DNA from: Kiritimatiellia bacterium
GTDB lineage: Bacteria; Verrucomicrobiota; Kiritimatiellia; RFP12; UBA1067
NCBI GenBank assembly: GCA_017629735.1
Contig: JAGBWQ010000030.1
Coordinates: 1-34,331 of the forward strand
DNA length: 34,331 nt
Reading direction: 5' to 3'
The position numbers were made by a program, and so were the translations under genes. Positions 7,716-17,657 of this stretch are shown here, in pieces. The first letter of the stretch is position 1. Every line of letters begins with the position of its first letter. The notes beneath the pieces are model-generated. The model saw only the letters and a program-made list of their open reading frames with translations. It ran no database searches and was not told the origin of the DNA.

Positions 7716-8192
7716 GCTCTCGGGAAGAGATTTTAAAAATTCATCAACTCCGCGGTGATGCCAGGAGTCTAGGATGATTTTATTTCCATCTTTAAGTTTT
7801 AAAAGAGCCACGCCCTTTGCCGACCAACGAGCCCTGTCAACGGACGATATGTCTGCATAGGAATAGCGACTTCCCTTCAAAACAAATCCTTCTTCATCGT
7901 AGGAAAAATCGAACTTCACCGAAGAGAGAAGCCTAAGCCCTACAACAAGAAAAGCGAGCAGCGACAGCGCGGAAAAGCTTATCTGCGTGCGAATTTTCTG
8001 CGCCTTAAACGCATCAAGATCAAATGCAGCAGGAGGATCAGACTTTTCTATCGCAACATAAAGCTCCGCGGCAGGAGTTGCAGGATAAACAACGAACCCG
8101 TCATAGGCAAACCAAACAGCAAGAGCAAGAGTGACTACCACCGTAAAAAGATGGCGGCGAACATACTCCATATTTACCGCAAGCTTCTTCAT
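7695..8192 (-). CDS. Hypothetical membrane protein (2 TM plus small beta-rich, possibly PH-like, C-terminal domain)
   Basis: Two hydrophobic segments (WFAYDG after the first); C-terminal YDEEGF...YSYADI..VD...W...G...I.LDSW; ATGA-coupled to the upstream ATPase gene. Confidence 0.75.
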   Translation of the reverse strand: MKKLAVNMEYVRRHLFTVVVTLALAVWFAYDGFVVYPATPAAELYVAIEKSDPPAAFDLDAFKAQKIRTQISFSALSLLAFLVVGLRLLSSVKFDFSYDEEGFVLKGSRYSYADISSVDRARWSAKGVALLKLKDGNKIILDSWHHRGVDEFLKSLPESLNQEGV

Positions 8193-9886
8193 TGATCCTC
8201 CGTAACGCGCATAACTTCCTTAACAGAAGTAATTCCTGCAAACACCTTCGCCCAACCATCTTCGCGCAATGTCTTCATGCCCTTAGAAAGAGAGATGTTG
8301 CGAATGACAGAAGCGTTTTCTCTGCGGACGATTGCGCTTTCAATATCTTCATCAACATCCAAGACCTCAAAAAGCGCCCTTCTTCCCTTGTAACCCGTGC
8401 GCGTACATTCGTCGCACCCAAAAGGCTCAAAGACAGTATTTTTCGCAGGAGGAACATCGAGCGTGTAATACTTCATGTCGAGAGGAACTTCTTTCCTGCA
8501 CGTTGGGCACAGACGACGGCAAAGACGCTGCCCCATCACACCAGCCACTGCCGACGCGATAAGGAATGGCTCCACACCCATATCAATAAGACGCGGAAAT
8601 GCGCCTGCAGCATCATTCGTATGAAGCGTTGAGAACACCATGTGACCGGTAAGAGAAGCGTTAATGGCGATTTCTGCTGTTTCCTTATCGCGTATTTCGC
8701 CGACCATGATAATATCTGGGTCTTGACGGAGAAACGCACGAAGCGCACGCGCGAAAGTCATGCCAATTTCAGATTGCATCTGTACCTGATTGATGCCGGC
8801 CATGTGATATTCGATAGGATCTTCGGCCGTCATGATACGCACATCAATCTTGTTAACTTCGCTCAAGAACGAATAAAGAGATGTAGATTTACCAGAACCA
8901 GTAGGCCCTGTTACAAGAAAGATTCCGTTGGGACGATGAATAATCTTATCAACCACAGCAAAATCTCGCTCGTTAAATCCGAGATCTTCCATCTTAACGA
9001 ACGAACCAGACTTTGCCAAAAGACGCAGCGAAATCGATTCACCATACGCCGCAGGCATCGTAGAAACACGAATGTCGAGATCCTGCCCGCCGATTCGCAT
9101 ACCAATGCGTCCGTCCATAGGAAGGCGCTTTTCTGCGATATCAAGAGAAGCCATAACCTTGATACGAGAAATTATGGCATTCTTCAAACGGTTCAGCTGA
9201 TGAGGAACATCAACCTTGTGCAACATTCCGTCGATACGATAGCGGATGCGCAACTCCGTCTCTTGAGGCTCGATATGAATATCAGTGGCTCCCTGGCGAT
9301 CGGCTTCTGCAATAATCTGGTTGACGAACTTGACGATCGAGGCTTCCTCGTCCATCTCGTTAACATCAATCTTCGTCATCGCGCCTATATTATCTTCAAC
9401 ATAGAAGCGACCATCTTCAAGCATCTGCTCGATTGTCTCGGCGCCTACACCGTAATACTTCTTAACAGCCTTCTCCACTTCTTCCTTTGGAGCAAGAGCC
9501 GTTTTGACCACGACACCAGATGCTAAGCGTATGCCATCAGCAGCAACAGTGTCAAAAGGATCGGACGAGACAACTGTTAGAATATTCCCTTCAATGCGGA
9601 ACGGAAGAACAGTAAACTTATTAACCGCCGCGGCAGTTAAGCTCTGAAGCGCGTCTGGAGAAGGGTTCTGCCTGGAAAGATCGACCATCTCCATACCAAG
9701 CGCACGAGCAACAGCAGAAAGAAACTCCTCTTCGCGAACGCCGCCAAACCTAACAGCGGCGTCCGCAAGTTTCATTCCTGGATTTGCCGCGCGCTGGACC
9801 ATAATACGATCAAGCGCCTCCGGAGAATAAATTCCGGCAGACGAAAGAAGCAACCTAGCAAGCGATGAATTTTCGGACATTCCCAT
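8189..9886 (-). CDS. GspE/PilB-family type II secretion / type IV pilus assembly ATPase
   Basis: N-terminal T2SSE domain; ATDIHIEP, LDIAEKRLPMDG, Walker A GPTGSGKS, AEDPIEY, LRQDPDIIMVGEIRD, TGHMVFSTLHTND, Zn motif CPTC...CDEC. Confidence 0.95.
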   Translation of the reverse strand: MGMSENSSLARLLLSSAGIYSPEALDRIMVQRAANPGMKLADAAVRFGGVREEEFLSAVARALGMEMVDLSRQNPSPDALQSLTAAAVNKFTVLPFRIEGNILTVVSSDPFDTVAADGIRLASGVVVKTALAPKEEVEKAVKKYYGVGAETIEQMLEDGRFYVEDNIGAMTKIDVNEMDEEASIVKFVNQIIAEADRQGATDIHIEPQETELRIRYRIDGMLHKVDVPHQLNRLKNAIISRIKVMASLDIAEKRLPMDGRIGMRIGGQDLDIRVSTMPAAYGESISLRLLAKSGSFVKMEDLGFNERDFAVVDKIIHRPNGIFLVTGPTGSGKSTSLYSFLSEVNKIDVRIMTAEDPIEYHMAGINQVQMQSEIGMTFARALRAFLRQDPDIIMVGEIRDKETAEIAINASLTGHMVFSTLHTNDAAGAFPRLIDMGVEPFLIASAVAGVMGQRLCRRLCPTCRKEVPLDMKYYTLDVPPAKNTVFEPFGCDECTRTGYKGRRALFEVLDVDEDIESAIVRRENASVIRNISLSKGMKTLREDGWAKVFAGITSVKEVMRVTEDQ

Positions 9887-9901
9887 CAGTCCCTTTTTGT
9901 T

Positions 9902-11017
9902 TTAAACAACAGGTCGTATATACTTAGACTTGAGCGCTCTCCAAAGCACTACGCAAAAAGCCGACAGCGGTATTGCCAGCAACATCCCAAGCAAAGGCCC
10001 GAGTAGCGTCGCCCAAAGGAAGAACGAGAAGATAACCCCACCGTAGCCAAGGCCTGTGCGGTCGCCCTGTATCTTTGGAGTAATAAGATAGCCATCAAGA
10101 AGCTGACCCGCAAGCCACACAGCAAGAACCGAAAAGAGTCTAGCCGCCGACCCGCCAGGACCAAAATACGCAAGCGGGAGTGCTATTGGCAAGCACACGA
10201 GAGATCCAAGGAATGGAACGAGGTTTATTGCACCAAGCGCAAACCCAACGAGGAAGCCACACGGCAATCCAACAAACATAAACCCAAGCCCGTAGAGCGT
10301 TCCTTCACAAAGGCAGATTACCGTCTGACGTTGGAAGAACGAAACGAGAATATCCGTGAAGGCATCAATTTGCTGCGCGACAAAAGCCTTTGTCTCGGGC
10401 TTAAGGAATGCAAGGCCTTTGACCATCTCTTCGCCGCGGCGTTCCTTGGTGGTAATGAAGAAAATGAAGAAAATAAGAGTTACCAGCCCGCTTACAAGTA
10501 TCTCAGCAAGACGTATGGCGCCAGAGCCTGCCTTAATGGCTGTCATTCCATAACGAGAATAAATGTCACCAATATTTTCGTATGGCACTCCAAGCTGAGC
10601 CATTAGCGAATGAAATTTAGGAAATGTATCGCGAAACCAGTTACTTGCCTGAGAGAAAAGCTGCGGCCCTTGGGCGATAAGATTAGAGAGCTGATCGACC
10701 ACAACAGCTCCTGCATACCAAAGAAGAAGGACAATAGGCACTGCCACAGACAAAAGCATCAGGACAAGAGCAAGCGTAGGATTTTTAAAAATTCGCTGGC
10801 AAAGCTGATAATAAGGCCTAAAAAACAACGCCAAAAAGAAGCCGAGCAAGACTGGCACTAACGCTGGAGAGGCGAAAAGAAGCGCCTTCATAACAAACCA
10901 TGCCACAACACCGGCAAAAGTCAAAACTGCAATAGTCGCGAGAACCGCAAGCCCTCCTGCAGCCGTTTTTCTCGATGTTATACGTTCTTCATTTACTTTT
11001 TCGTTCTGCATACTCAT
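9902..11017 (-). CDS. AI-2E family transporter (PerM/TqsA-like)
   Basis: Multiple TM helices; NLVPFLGS, LDGYLITPKIQGDRTGL, LGMLLAIPL. True start may be the second ATG at 11011. Confidence 0.9.
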   Translation of the reverse strand: MSMQNEKVNEERITSRKTAAGGLAVLATIAVLTFAGVVAWFVMKALLFASPALVPVLLGFFLALFFRPYYQLCQRIFKNPTLALVLMLLSVAVPIVLLLWYAGAVVVDQLSNLIAQGPQLFSQASNWFRDTFPKFHSLMAQLGVPYENIGDIYSRYGMTAIKAGSGAIRLAEILVSGLVTLIFFIFFITTKERRGEEMVKGLAFLKPETKAFVAQQIDAFTDILVSFFQRQTVICLCEGTLYGLGFMFVGLPCGFLVGFALGAINLVPFLGSLVCLPIALPLAYFGPGGSAARLFSVLAVWLAGQLLDGYLITPKIQGDRTGLGYGGVIFSFFLWATLLGPLLGMLLAIPLSAFCVVLWRALKSKYIRPVV

Positions 11018-11020
11018 AAT

Positions 11021-11048
11021 ATTGTAGCATTATTTTTCCGAAAATCAA
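11021..11048 (-). promoter_or_regulatory. Promoter TTGATT-N16-(TGc)TACAAT just upstream of the AI-2E gene; predicted leaderless
   Basis: Minus strand taTTGATTttcggaaaaataaTGcTACAATattATGagtATG; -10 box is 9 nt from ATG 11011. Confidence 0.55.
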
Positions 11049-11080
11049 TAGTGTAAGACTATAATAGCACTTAATTTCTA

Positions 11081-11524
11081 TCAAATTACTACCTCAATAG
11101 AAAAAGGCCCATCGTTTAGAAGGCGCACTTTCATGTCGGCACCAAAGCGACCCGTACCGACACGATCATGACCCATCTTCGACCGAAGATTTGCGACAAC
11201 TCTCTCATAAAGCGGCTCGGCCTTCTCAGGTCTTGCAGCCGCAGAAAATCCTGGACGACGCCCATGCGCCGTGTCGGCATAAAGAGTAAACTGCGAAACA
11301 ACTATGATTGAACCGCCTACATCTTCAATCGAGCGATTGGTCTTGCCTTGCTCATCCTCAAAGATTCTCAGCGCAAGAATTCTTGAGGCAAGGGCATCTG
11401 CTTTCGCTTCATCATCGTCATGCGTAACGCCCAGAAGGATAAGATAGCCAACGCCAATTTCTGCTACGCGCTCACCATCAATCTCGACAGACGCCTCTGT
11501 AACTCTCTGTATCCACGCTTTCAT
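11081..11524 (-). CDS. dtd: D-aminoacyl-tRNA deacylase
   Basis: [44 protein letters not shown]. Confidence 0.97.
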   Translation of the reverse strand: MKAWIQRVTEASVEIDGERVAEIGVGYLILLGVTHDDDEAKADALASRILALRIFEDEQGKTNRSIEDVGGSIIVVSQFTLYADTAHGRRPGFSAAARPEKAEPLYERVVANLRSKMGHDRVGTGRFGADMKVRLLNDGPFSIEVVI

Positions 11525-11536
11525 ACGCTGCCCTTT

Positions 11537-14479
11537 TTACTTCTTATTTGCCTTGTTCTTTGGAAGATGCTTGATCAAAATATCAAGCGCCTTGCGGTCG
11601 AGCTTATGTCCGCGGAAGTCTTCAAATTTACAGTCTGTACGCGGAGTATCGAGAATACCAAAGGTGCCGTCAATATTCCAAACAGCCCATCCCCACCCGT
11701 GGCGATCGCACATTTCAAGCGTGTCATCAAGCCATGCAAGATATGTTGCATGCTGCACATTTTTCTGATGGCAACCCAATTCGCCTGCATGAATAAATGT
11801 GCCGTCGTCTATTGCCGAACGCCAAAGTCTAACCACATTCTTCTCAAGCCAATCTACTCCGCTCTTCCAGCCTGCTGGCGGCCACGGAGGGCACGGACCT
11901 TTCTCATCAGGATTATGAACCTTATGGTGCGTTAAAGCCTGCGGCTCATAACAATGAATCGACTCGCCTGTCGAAGGAGGGAAAGGATGAAGCTCCATAA
12001 CAGGCTGCTTACCCCAACGCCATCCGTCAGACATCACAAACCGATTGGGATCCACAGCGCGAATCGCAGAAAGCGCCGCTCGCGCGACAACCGCATAATT
12101 TGACGGCGTCATTCCATTGATAGGTGCAGGCTCATTTAAAAGGTCAAACGAAAGTTCCTCATTGGGGATGCCACGGTAACGCCGCGCAAGAACGGCCCAT
12201 AGATTTGTAAACGCCACCAATGGTTCTTTATCATGGAAGAGCGACATTGGCTCTTTGGGGGCGTTGCAACAATATCCAGGCCCACGATGGAAATTTATTT
12301 GAACATGGATACCATACTTCTTCCCATATTTTACAGCTTCATCGAGTTTTACAAGCTGCGACTCGATTGTTTTCATCCAATCGCTTTTGTCCACGAAAAA
12401 TCTGTAATCGAGCGGCAAGCGCGCAAAATTAAACCCCCATTCATGCATCCACTCAAAACGATCTTCTGGGAAATAACCAAAAATACGTTTGTCTCCTTCC
12501 GCCATTCTTGTCTCGCAGAACATCCCAAGAAGATTAAATCCGCACCAACGCTCTTTCGGTCTCCACCCCTGATGCCTCTCCGTGCCGACAAGATACGGCC
12601 GCGCATTGGAAAGATATTTTTTTCGTATGTTTTCATCGAGCGACGCTTGGCAGTTGTAGTCTTGCCTTGGATGTCTTTCGCCATCGCCTATACCTTCTTC
12701 CATAAGAGTCTTAAGCTCATCAAAATATTTCGTGTACACATCACGAGGATCGCAGTCGTGCTTCTTACAAACGGAGGCCGCCATGCCAACAACTTCGCCC
12801 ATCATACCATGCGTGCGCATAAGGCGCGTCGTACCGAGGGCAATATGCGTAACTGAGATATCACGCCCAGCCATAAAAAGATTTGGAACATTGCGCGAAT
12901 AGAGGCAACGATACGGAACGGGATATGGCCAAACAACTTCATTGCTCGCATTTGACTGGTATGGCTCGCCTTCAAATTTCGTTTCGATTGCGCTCCGAGG
13001 GGAATGCAAATCAATCGTCCAAGTTGTCGCGCATGTACCATCTTTCTGAATATCGCGATTGCGTAAATGATTCTGATCGAGAATAAAATCGCCCAGCAAA
13101 CGCCTTGACTCACGACGCCCTGCATTATACGCAACCCAATTAAGCTCTATGTTTTTGAAATCTCTTTTTTTGGGGCTACGATTTTTGACGAAAGACCAGT
13201 TGGAAAACGCAACAAGAAGCCCATAGTCGCGGATATACTCTCCATCTGAAATCTGATTGCGACCAAAGCCAGTTTCCCACCACCAATCTCCTACCAATCC
13301 ATGAGAATAATTTGCCTCGTTTATGCTTTTAAGCATCCATTCCTCATCCGGGAATAATGTCTCCTTATCAGTCACACATGCACGCCACTGAACAGAAGAG
13401 CCCATCGTAAGCATATCGGCAACTTCTGGTGCGGAGAACTCGCGCGTCTCAGATTTCGACTCACGCCCCATACGATAGTCTGCCCCTGCAAGATATCCTA
13501 CCGTTCCATCTCCAGTGCAGTCGACAAAATATTTACCCTCAATATTCAACAATCCACCACGGCGCGTATCTTGAGACACGACAGAGACGATTCTCCCCTC
13601 AGCATTTGTAACTACGCCATTAACATGCATATTTAAGAATAGATCAAGCCCCTTTGTCGCTTTGACGACAGCCATCTTGCGATTGTCCTCATAGACAGAA
13701 GCATCTTGTGCATTTCCACCAGCTCTAGGGCCTATTTCAGCAACCACATCTCCGAGCCTCGGATATGGAGGAAGATTGATGTATGCGCCAAGATGCACAC
13801 GCACTTCCGACGAATTATTTCCACCAAGAACTGGACGGTCGTGGACAAGTGCAGTCTTAAGACCAAGCCTTGCAGAAGAGATTGCCGCGCAAATGCCAGC
13901 GACACCACCTCCTACAACGACAGTATCGTATTTTACTTGCGCATTCTTCTTTTCTCTCTGCGATGGACGAGGCGAAACATTCAATATATCGGCAGAAAGT
14001 TTTTCTTTTGAAAAGACAATTACATCAACGCGTCCATCAAAACCATCAAGGTCGCGAAGTGCGATTGTGTTCTCCCCTTTTTTTAGATACGCTCTTCCGG
14101 CATTAACCCAGAGCCACTCGCCATTTCCTTGACAACCTAAAGTCTTAGAGAAAGCCTTTCCATTGACAATCAAATTAAACTTACCAGCCCCTTCTCCCTT
14201 CCACCAAAAAGCAGTCCAGTTTTTTGTCCTGACCCAAACATCATATTCTCCGCCATCTGCCACAAACTTTGTCTTCGCATCTGCAACGCTCTTACCAAGT
14301 CCATGCGCCAACAAATACGGCGAATGCATCTGATCCATAAATTGAGTGTCATTTACCCAACCACCCCAATCTTCAAACGACTCCGCCTCTACCCAGATTT
14401 GAGAATCTGTCTCTGCCGCGGCAGAAAATGCCAGGGCAAGTACAAGCATAAAAATCGCTTTGGCAATCATCTTCATCAA
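11537..14479 (-). CDS. Exported multidomain protein: signal peptide + beta-sandwich + FAD-dependent oxidoreductase + C-terminal glycoside hydrolase family 5 domain
   Basis: Signal peptide (...LALAFSAAA); WVEAESF..GGW domain; Rossmann VVVGGGVAGICAAISSARLG, LGGNNSSE, DCTGDG, RESRRL.G, PYRCLYSRNVPNLFMAGR. GH5: GFNFARLPLDY, NFHRGPG, FDLLNEP (acid/base), IHCY, GELG (nucleophile), WAVWN. Confidence 0.88.
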   Translation of the reverse strand: MMKMIAKAIFMLVLALAFSAAAETDSQIWVEAESFEDWGGWVNDTQFMDQMHSPYLLAHGLGKSVADAKTKFVADGGEYDVWVRTKNWTAFWWKGEGAGKFNLIVNGKAFSKTLGCQGNGEWLWVNAGRAYLKKGENTIALRDLDGFDGRVDVIVFSKEKLSADILNVSPRPSQREKKNAQVKYDTVVVGGGVAGICAAISSARLGLKTALVHDRPVLGGNNSSEVRVHLGAYINLPPYPRLGDVVAEIGPRAGGNAQDASVYEDNRKMAVVKATKGLDLFLNMHVNGVVTNAEGRIVSVVSQDTRRGGLLNIEGKYFVDCTGDGTVGYLAGADYRMGRESKSETREFSAPEVADMLTMGSSVQWRACVTDKETLFPDEEWMLKSINEANYSHGLVGDWWWETGFGRNQISDGEYIRDYGLLVAFSNWSFVKNRSPKKRDFKNIELNWVAYNAGRRESRRLLGDFILDQNHLRNRDIQKDGTCATTWTIDLHSPRSAIETKFEGEPYQSNASNEVVWPYPVPYRCLYSRNVPNLFMAGRDISVTHIALGTTRLMRTHGMMGEVVGMAASVCKKHDCDPRDVYTKYFDELKTLMEEGIGDGERHPRQDYNCQASLDENIRKKYLSNARPYLVGTERHQGWRPKERWCGFNLLGMFCETRMAEGDKRIFGYFPEDRFEWMHEWGFNFARLPLDYRFFVDKSDWMKTIESQLVKLDEAVKYGKKYGIHVQINFHRGPGYCCNAPKEPMSLFHDKEPLVAFTNLWAVLARRYRGIPNEELSFDLLNEPAPINGMTPSNYAVVARAALSAIRAVDPNRFVMSDGWRWGKQPVMELHPFPPSTGESIHCYEPQALTHHKVHNPDEKGPCPPWPPAGWKSGVDWLEKNVVRLWRSAIDDGTFIHAGELGCHQKNVQHATYLAWLDDTLEMCDRHGWGWAVWNIDGTFGILDTPRTDCKFEDFRGHKLDRKALDILIKHLPKNKANKK

Positions 14480-14488
14480 GTTTGTCTC

Positions 14489-15058
14489 CTAGGTTTCTTC
14501 ACTCTGTCTTTTTGAAAACTCGCACCCACAATATGCCTGCCTGTAAAGATTAAGTTCCTTGGCGCGGCGAACAGACTGAAGGAAGCCATCTTTCTTTTTG
14601 AAATCTACCTTTAAGAACCCTTCCCCCGCCGCGACACCAGCGGCAAAGACTTTCTCAGAATTCTTATGCGGAGAGACAGTTAAAGACGATGTGAATGTAG
14701 ATATCCCAACAGATGAGGCATACTCTGCCGTCTTGGAAAGAGAATATCTGAAACACCTCTCGCAGCGACTGCCACCCTCTTCCTCTGCCTCATACCCTAA
14801 AGCAACTTTTGAAAGCCACTCGTCGTGATCATATTCAATCGCTACAAACTCGACACCATCGTGCCTAGCTAATGCCTCTGCCGCCTCGCGGCGACGCTCA
14901 AATTCCTCGCGCGTATCAATATTTGAATTTGCAAATACCATTACAACGCGATGACCATCTGCAACAAGGCGAGGCAAACAAGCAGAAGCGCAAGGGCCGC
15001 AACAAACATGCAAAGCCACATCTTGCTTCGATGATGAGTTTTCCTTATCACTCATCAT
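14489..15058 (-). CDS. queH: Epoxyqueuosine reductase QueH (DUF208)
   Basis: [12 protein letters not shown]...[37 protein letters not shown]. Confidence 0.93.
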   Translation of the reverse strand: MMSDKENSSSKQDVALHVCCGPCASACLPRLVADGHRVVMVFANSNIDTREEFERRREAAEALARHDGVEFVAIEYDHDEWLSKVALGYEAEEEGGSRCERCFRYSLSKTAEYASSVGISTFTSSLTVSPHKNSEKVFAAGVAAGEGFLKVDFKKKDGFLQSVRRAKELNLYRQAYCGCEFSKRQSEET

Positions 15059-15452
15059 CTGACACCTTTCTTCTCATTGCCTTCTTCTCAGAATGCGCGT
15101 GCTTATCAGCAAGCATTTTTTGCTTCTGCTTCCTGCTACGCCTACGCTTCTGACGACGAATTTTCTCAGCCTTCTCGCGCGCGGCACTCTTACGTTTATG
15201 CTCCCTCTCAAGAATCTCTTCTGCAAGCATTCGCCGCGCAAGATACCTATTAGTCTCGCGGCTTCGCGTTTCTCCGCAACGCACCTGAATGCCACTTGGC
15301 TCATGAGAAAGCCTAACTACATTTGAAGTTTTATTCGTCTTCTGCCCGCCAGGGCCTCCGCCAAGAATAAAGCTCTCTTCAAGATCCTCTTCAAAGACAG
15401 AGGCTTCTTTCATTAGCGCAAGAATGCGCGCTATCGTCTCAGGCGAGATCAT
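15048..15452 (-). CDS. Peptide chain release factor-like protein (ArfB/YaeJ-type peptidyl-tRNA hydrolase for ribosome rescue)
   Basis: [34 protein letters not shown], basic C-terminal tail ([14 protein letters not shown]...SEKK..R). Start set at ATG 15452. Confidence 0.88.
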   Translation of the reverse strand: MISPETIARILALMKEASVFEEDLEESFILGGGPGGQKTNKTSNVVRLSHEPSGIQVRCGETRSRETNRYLARRMLAEEILEREHKRKSAAREKAEKIRRQKRRRSRKQKQKMLADKHAHSEKKAMRRKVSDDE

Positions 15453-16470
15453 GCGCCACCCGATTCTTTCCTGCCGCCGCAAAACGGCCTTTTGAGAGTG
15501 CCGCTCCCGACAAGAGCAATACGAGAGACGGAATCAAGAATAATTGATAACGGTCGGCTGTGCGCTCTGATGCTTCGTTCTGCTCCTTCGCCGCAACCTG
15601 CCTGAGAAAGTTCCTGTATATCGCTCCGAGAGTAGTCTCTGCCGTACCCGCCGTTGCAAGAGGCACATATCTACCGTTAGACGCAGAAGCTATCGCCTTG
15701 AGCGCTTCTTCTTCAAGCTTAACTGTTACAGTCTCGCCTTTAAACTTCGCGTATCCTCGCCCGTCAGCCGCTGGTATTGCAGCACCACGGCGCGGGTCGC
15801 CAATGCCCACCGTGAAAATCGGAACGCCGCGCTTCTTCGCAAGAAGAGCATTCGAAAGAGCCTCGCCGCGAAGATCACCACCATCGGAAATAAGAATAAT
15901 TGCATTGTGATCGTCCGCTGCAGGATCAAGAGTATCAAGCGCGGCGCGTATTGCAGAGCCGAGGTCTGTCTCGCCACGAGGTGCAGAATCGGGAGAAAGC
16001 TGCTCAAGAGAACTGCGCAAAAATGCATGGTCTGAAGTAAGCGGACAAACTACAACTCCCGTACGACGAAACGCCACAAGCGCACAACGATCTCCAGCCA
16101 GCGAATCAATAAGATCTGCGACATCGGCCTTTGTACGCTCAAGTCTATTGGGTCTAACATCTTCAGCAAGCATTGAACGAGAAACATCGATTGCGACTAC
16201 CACATTGCGGCTACGCTCAATATATTTTTCCGTTACCATTCCCCACTGCGGGCGTGCCGCCGAGAAAAGAGCGAGAAAAAGGCCTATCGTAATGCACCAG
16301 GCCTGCACTCCGCGCATAGCAGGCGCACCTGGAATAAGCCTAGCTTTTAAATGGGGTGCAACTAAACGCTCAAGCGCACGTTCTCTACGCGCACGAAGGA
16401 ATGCCCAAAAAATTCCTGCAAAAGGAATTGCCGCCGCAAATACGAGAAATATCGGTTCTGCGAATCTCAC
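15439..16470 (-). CDS. von Willebrand factor A domain membrane protein, BatB-like
   Basis: MRFAEP N-terminal Bat-type TM segment, [43 protein letters not shown]-terminal TM. GTG 16470 has SD agagg. Confidence 0.88.
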   Translation of the reverse strand: MRFAEPIFLVFAAAIPFAGIFWAFLRARRERALERLVAPHLKARLIPGAPAMRGVQAWCITIGLFLALFSAARPQWGMVTEKYIERSRNVVVAIDVSRSMLAEDVRPNRLERTKADVADLIDSLAGDRCALVAFRRTGVVVCPLTSDHAFLRSSLEQLSPDSAPRGETDLGSAIRAALDTLDPAADDHNAIILISDGGDLRGEALSNALLAKKRGVPIFTVGIGDPRRGAAIPAADGRGYAKFKGETVTVKLEEEALKAIASASNGRYVPLATAGTAETTLGAIYRNFLRQVAAKEQNEASERTADRYQLFLIPSLVLLLSGAALSKGRFAAAGKNRVAHDLA

Positions 16471-16481
16471 GGAGACCTCTT

Positions 16482-17612
16482 TTACATATTGCGCCGCAGC
16501 AGCCACGATGCAAGAGCAAGGCAGGCTACGGCCGGCAGGTAAATGAGAAACTCTGGGTGAATTAGATACATCTCATCGAATGAAAGCATCAGAATTACAA
16601 CCATGTAATAACCGAGCGCCACAGCAAGAGAAATAGCCATACCGATCGAGCTTTCTTTACGGTGCGAGCGTATGCCAAGAGGAATACCCACAAGCACAAA
16701 GCAAACAGATGCAAGAGCAAAGACAAACCGCTTCATAAGTTCAACCTTAAGCGAACAATGCTCGCCGCGAAGCTCATCAAGGACATTCTTGCCTTTGTTT
16801 TTTGCGCTTGCAGGACGCGCGGCAATTTCATCTATCTGCTTCTTGTAATCACCGATATGACGAAGCATTTGGAAAAATCCATAGTCTTTAGGACGACGGC
16901 GATACTTTGAGTCTTTAAGCACATCTTCAAGCGCATAGGAAAAACGGCTAAAACGCGCCATCGTACGATGCTTTTCGTCGACAGGGTCAACTGTCATCCC
17001 ATAAAGATCAAGAAGAACGTCTCTGCCGCGTTGCGTGACAAGAGCCTTATCGGCAGTAATCATACGAGTGAAGTTGGTGTTCGACTGATCGAGCGCAACA
17101 AAATCGTAGAGCCAGTTGCCTTCCTTCGAGCCGAAATAAAGCTTCACCTTCGGAAACTCATCGATAACACGCCCTGGCTCAAGAACGCTTAATCCTGCCC
17201 CAACCGAGACGCGCGTTTTAAGAGTGCGGCGAACTTCGTGCCCTCTTGTAACAACTTCGTTGTTGATGTAAAAACCAATCAAAGTGCAAACTAGCGCAAA
17301 GAGAACTGGCCATTTGACCACCGTCACGAGGTTTACGCCACACGCGCGCATCGCGGCGATTTCGCTATCTGCACTAAGACGCGAGAACACAAGAATGGAG
17401 CTTACGAGCAGCGCCAACGGGACCGACCATTGAAGCGTCTCTGGCAGCGAGACCATGCAGAATTCGGCCACCAGGTCGAGCGGAACTCCATCCATGATGA
17501 AACCGACTATCTGGACGAGAAGCCCAATAGTCAAGACGAACGACAGCACCACGAACGCCAAAATAAAGCTCGAAAGAAACGAGCCAAATACATACCGTTC
17601 GATCGTCTTCAC
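16482..17612 (-). CDS. LptF/LptG-family lipopolysaccharide export permease
   Basis: MKTIERY; SRLSADSEIAAMRACGV; three TM, periplasmic domain, three TM; VLVGIPLG; SD ggagg. Confidence 0.9.
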   Translation of the reverse strand: MKTIERYVFGSFLSSFILAFVVLSFVLTIGLLVQIVGFIMDGVPLDLVAEFCMVSLPETLQWSVPLALLVSSILVFSRLSADSEIAAMRACGVNLVTVVKWPVLFALVCTLIGFYINNEVVTRGHEVRRTLKTRVSVGAGLSVLEPGRVIDEFPKVKLYFGSKEGNWLYDFVALDQSNTNFTRMITADKALVTQRGRDVLLDLYGMTVDPVDEKHRTMARFSRFSYALEDVLKDSKYRRRPKDYGFFQMLRHIGDYKKQIDEIAARPASAKNKGKNVLDELRGEHCSLKVELMKRFVFALASVCFVLVGIPLGIRSHRKESSIGMAISLAVALGYYMVVILMLSFDEMYLIHPEFLIYLPAVACLALASWLLRRNM

Positions 17613-17657
17613 TAAAGTTCCTCCGCCAGATATCGTTTCTATGCCAGCGCGAAAGCC

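Noticed and set aside
1970-9526. Plus-strand ORFs 1970-2797 and 8642-9526
   Set aside because: Antisense shadows of tgt and the GspE/PilB ATPase.
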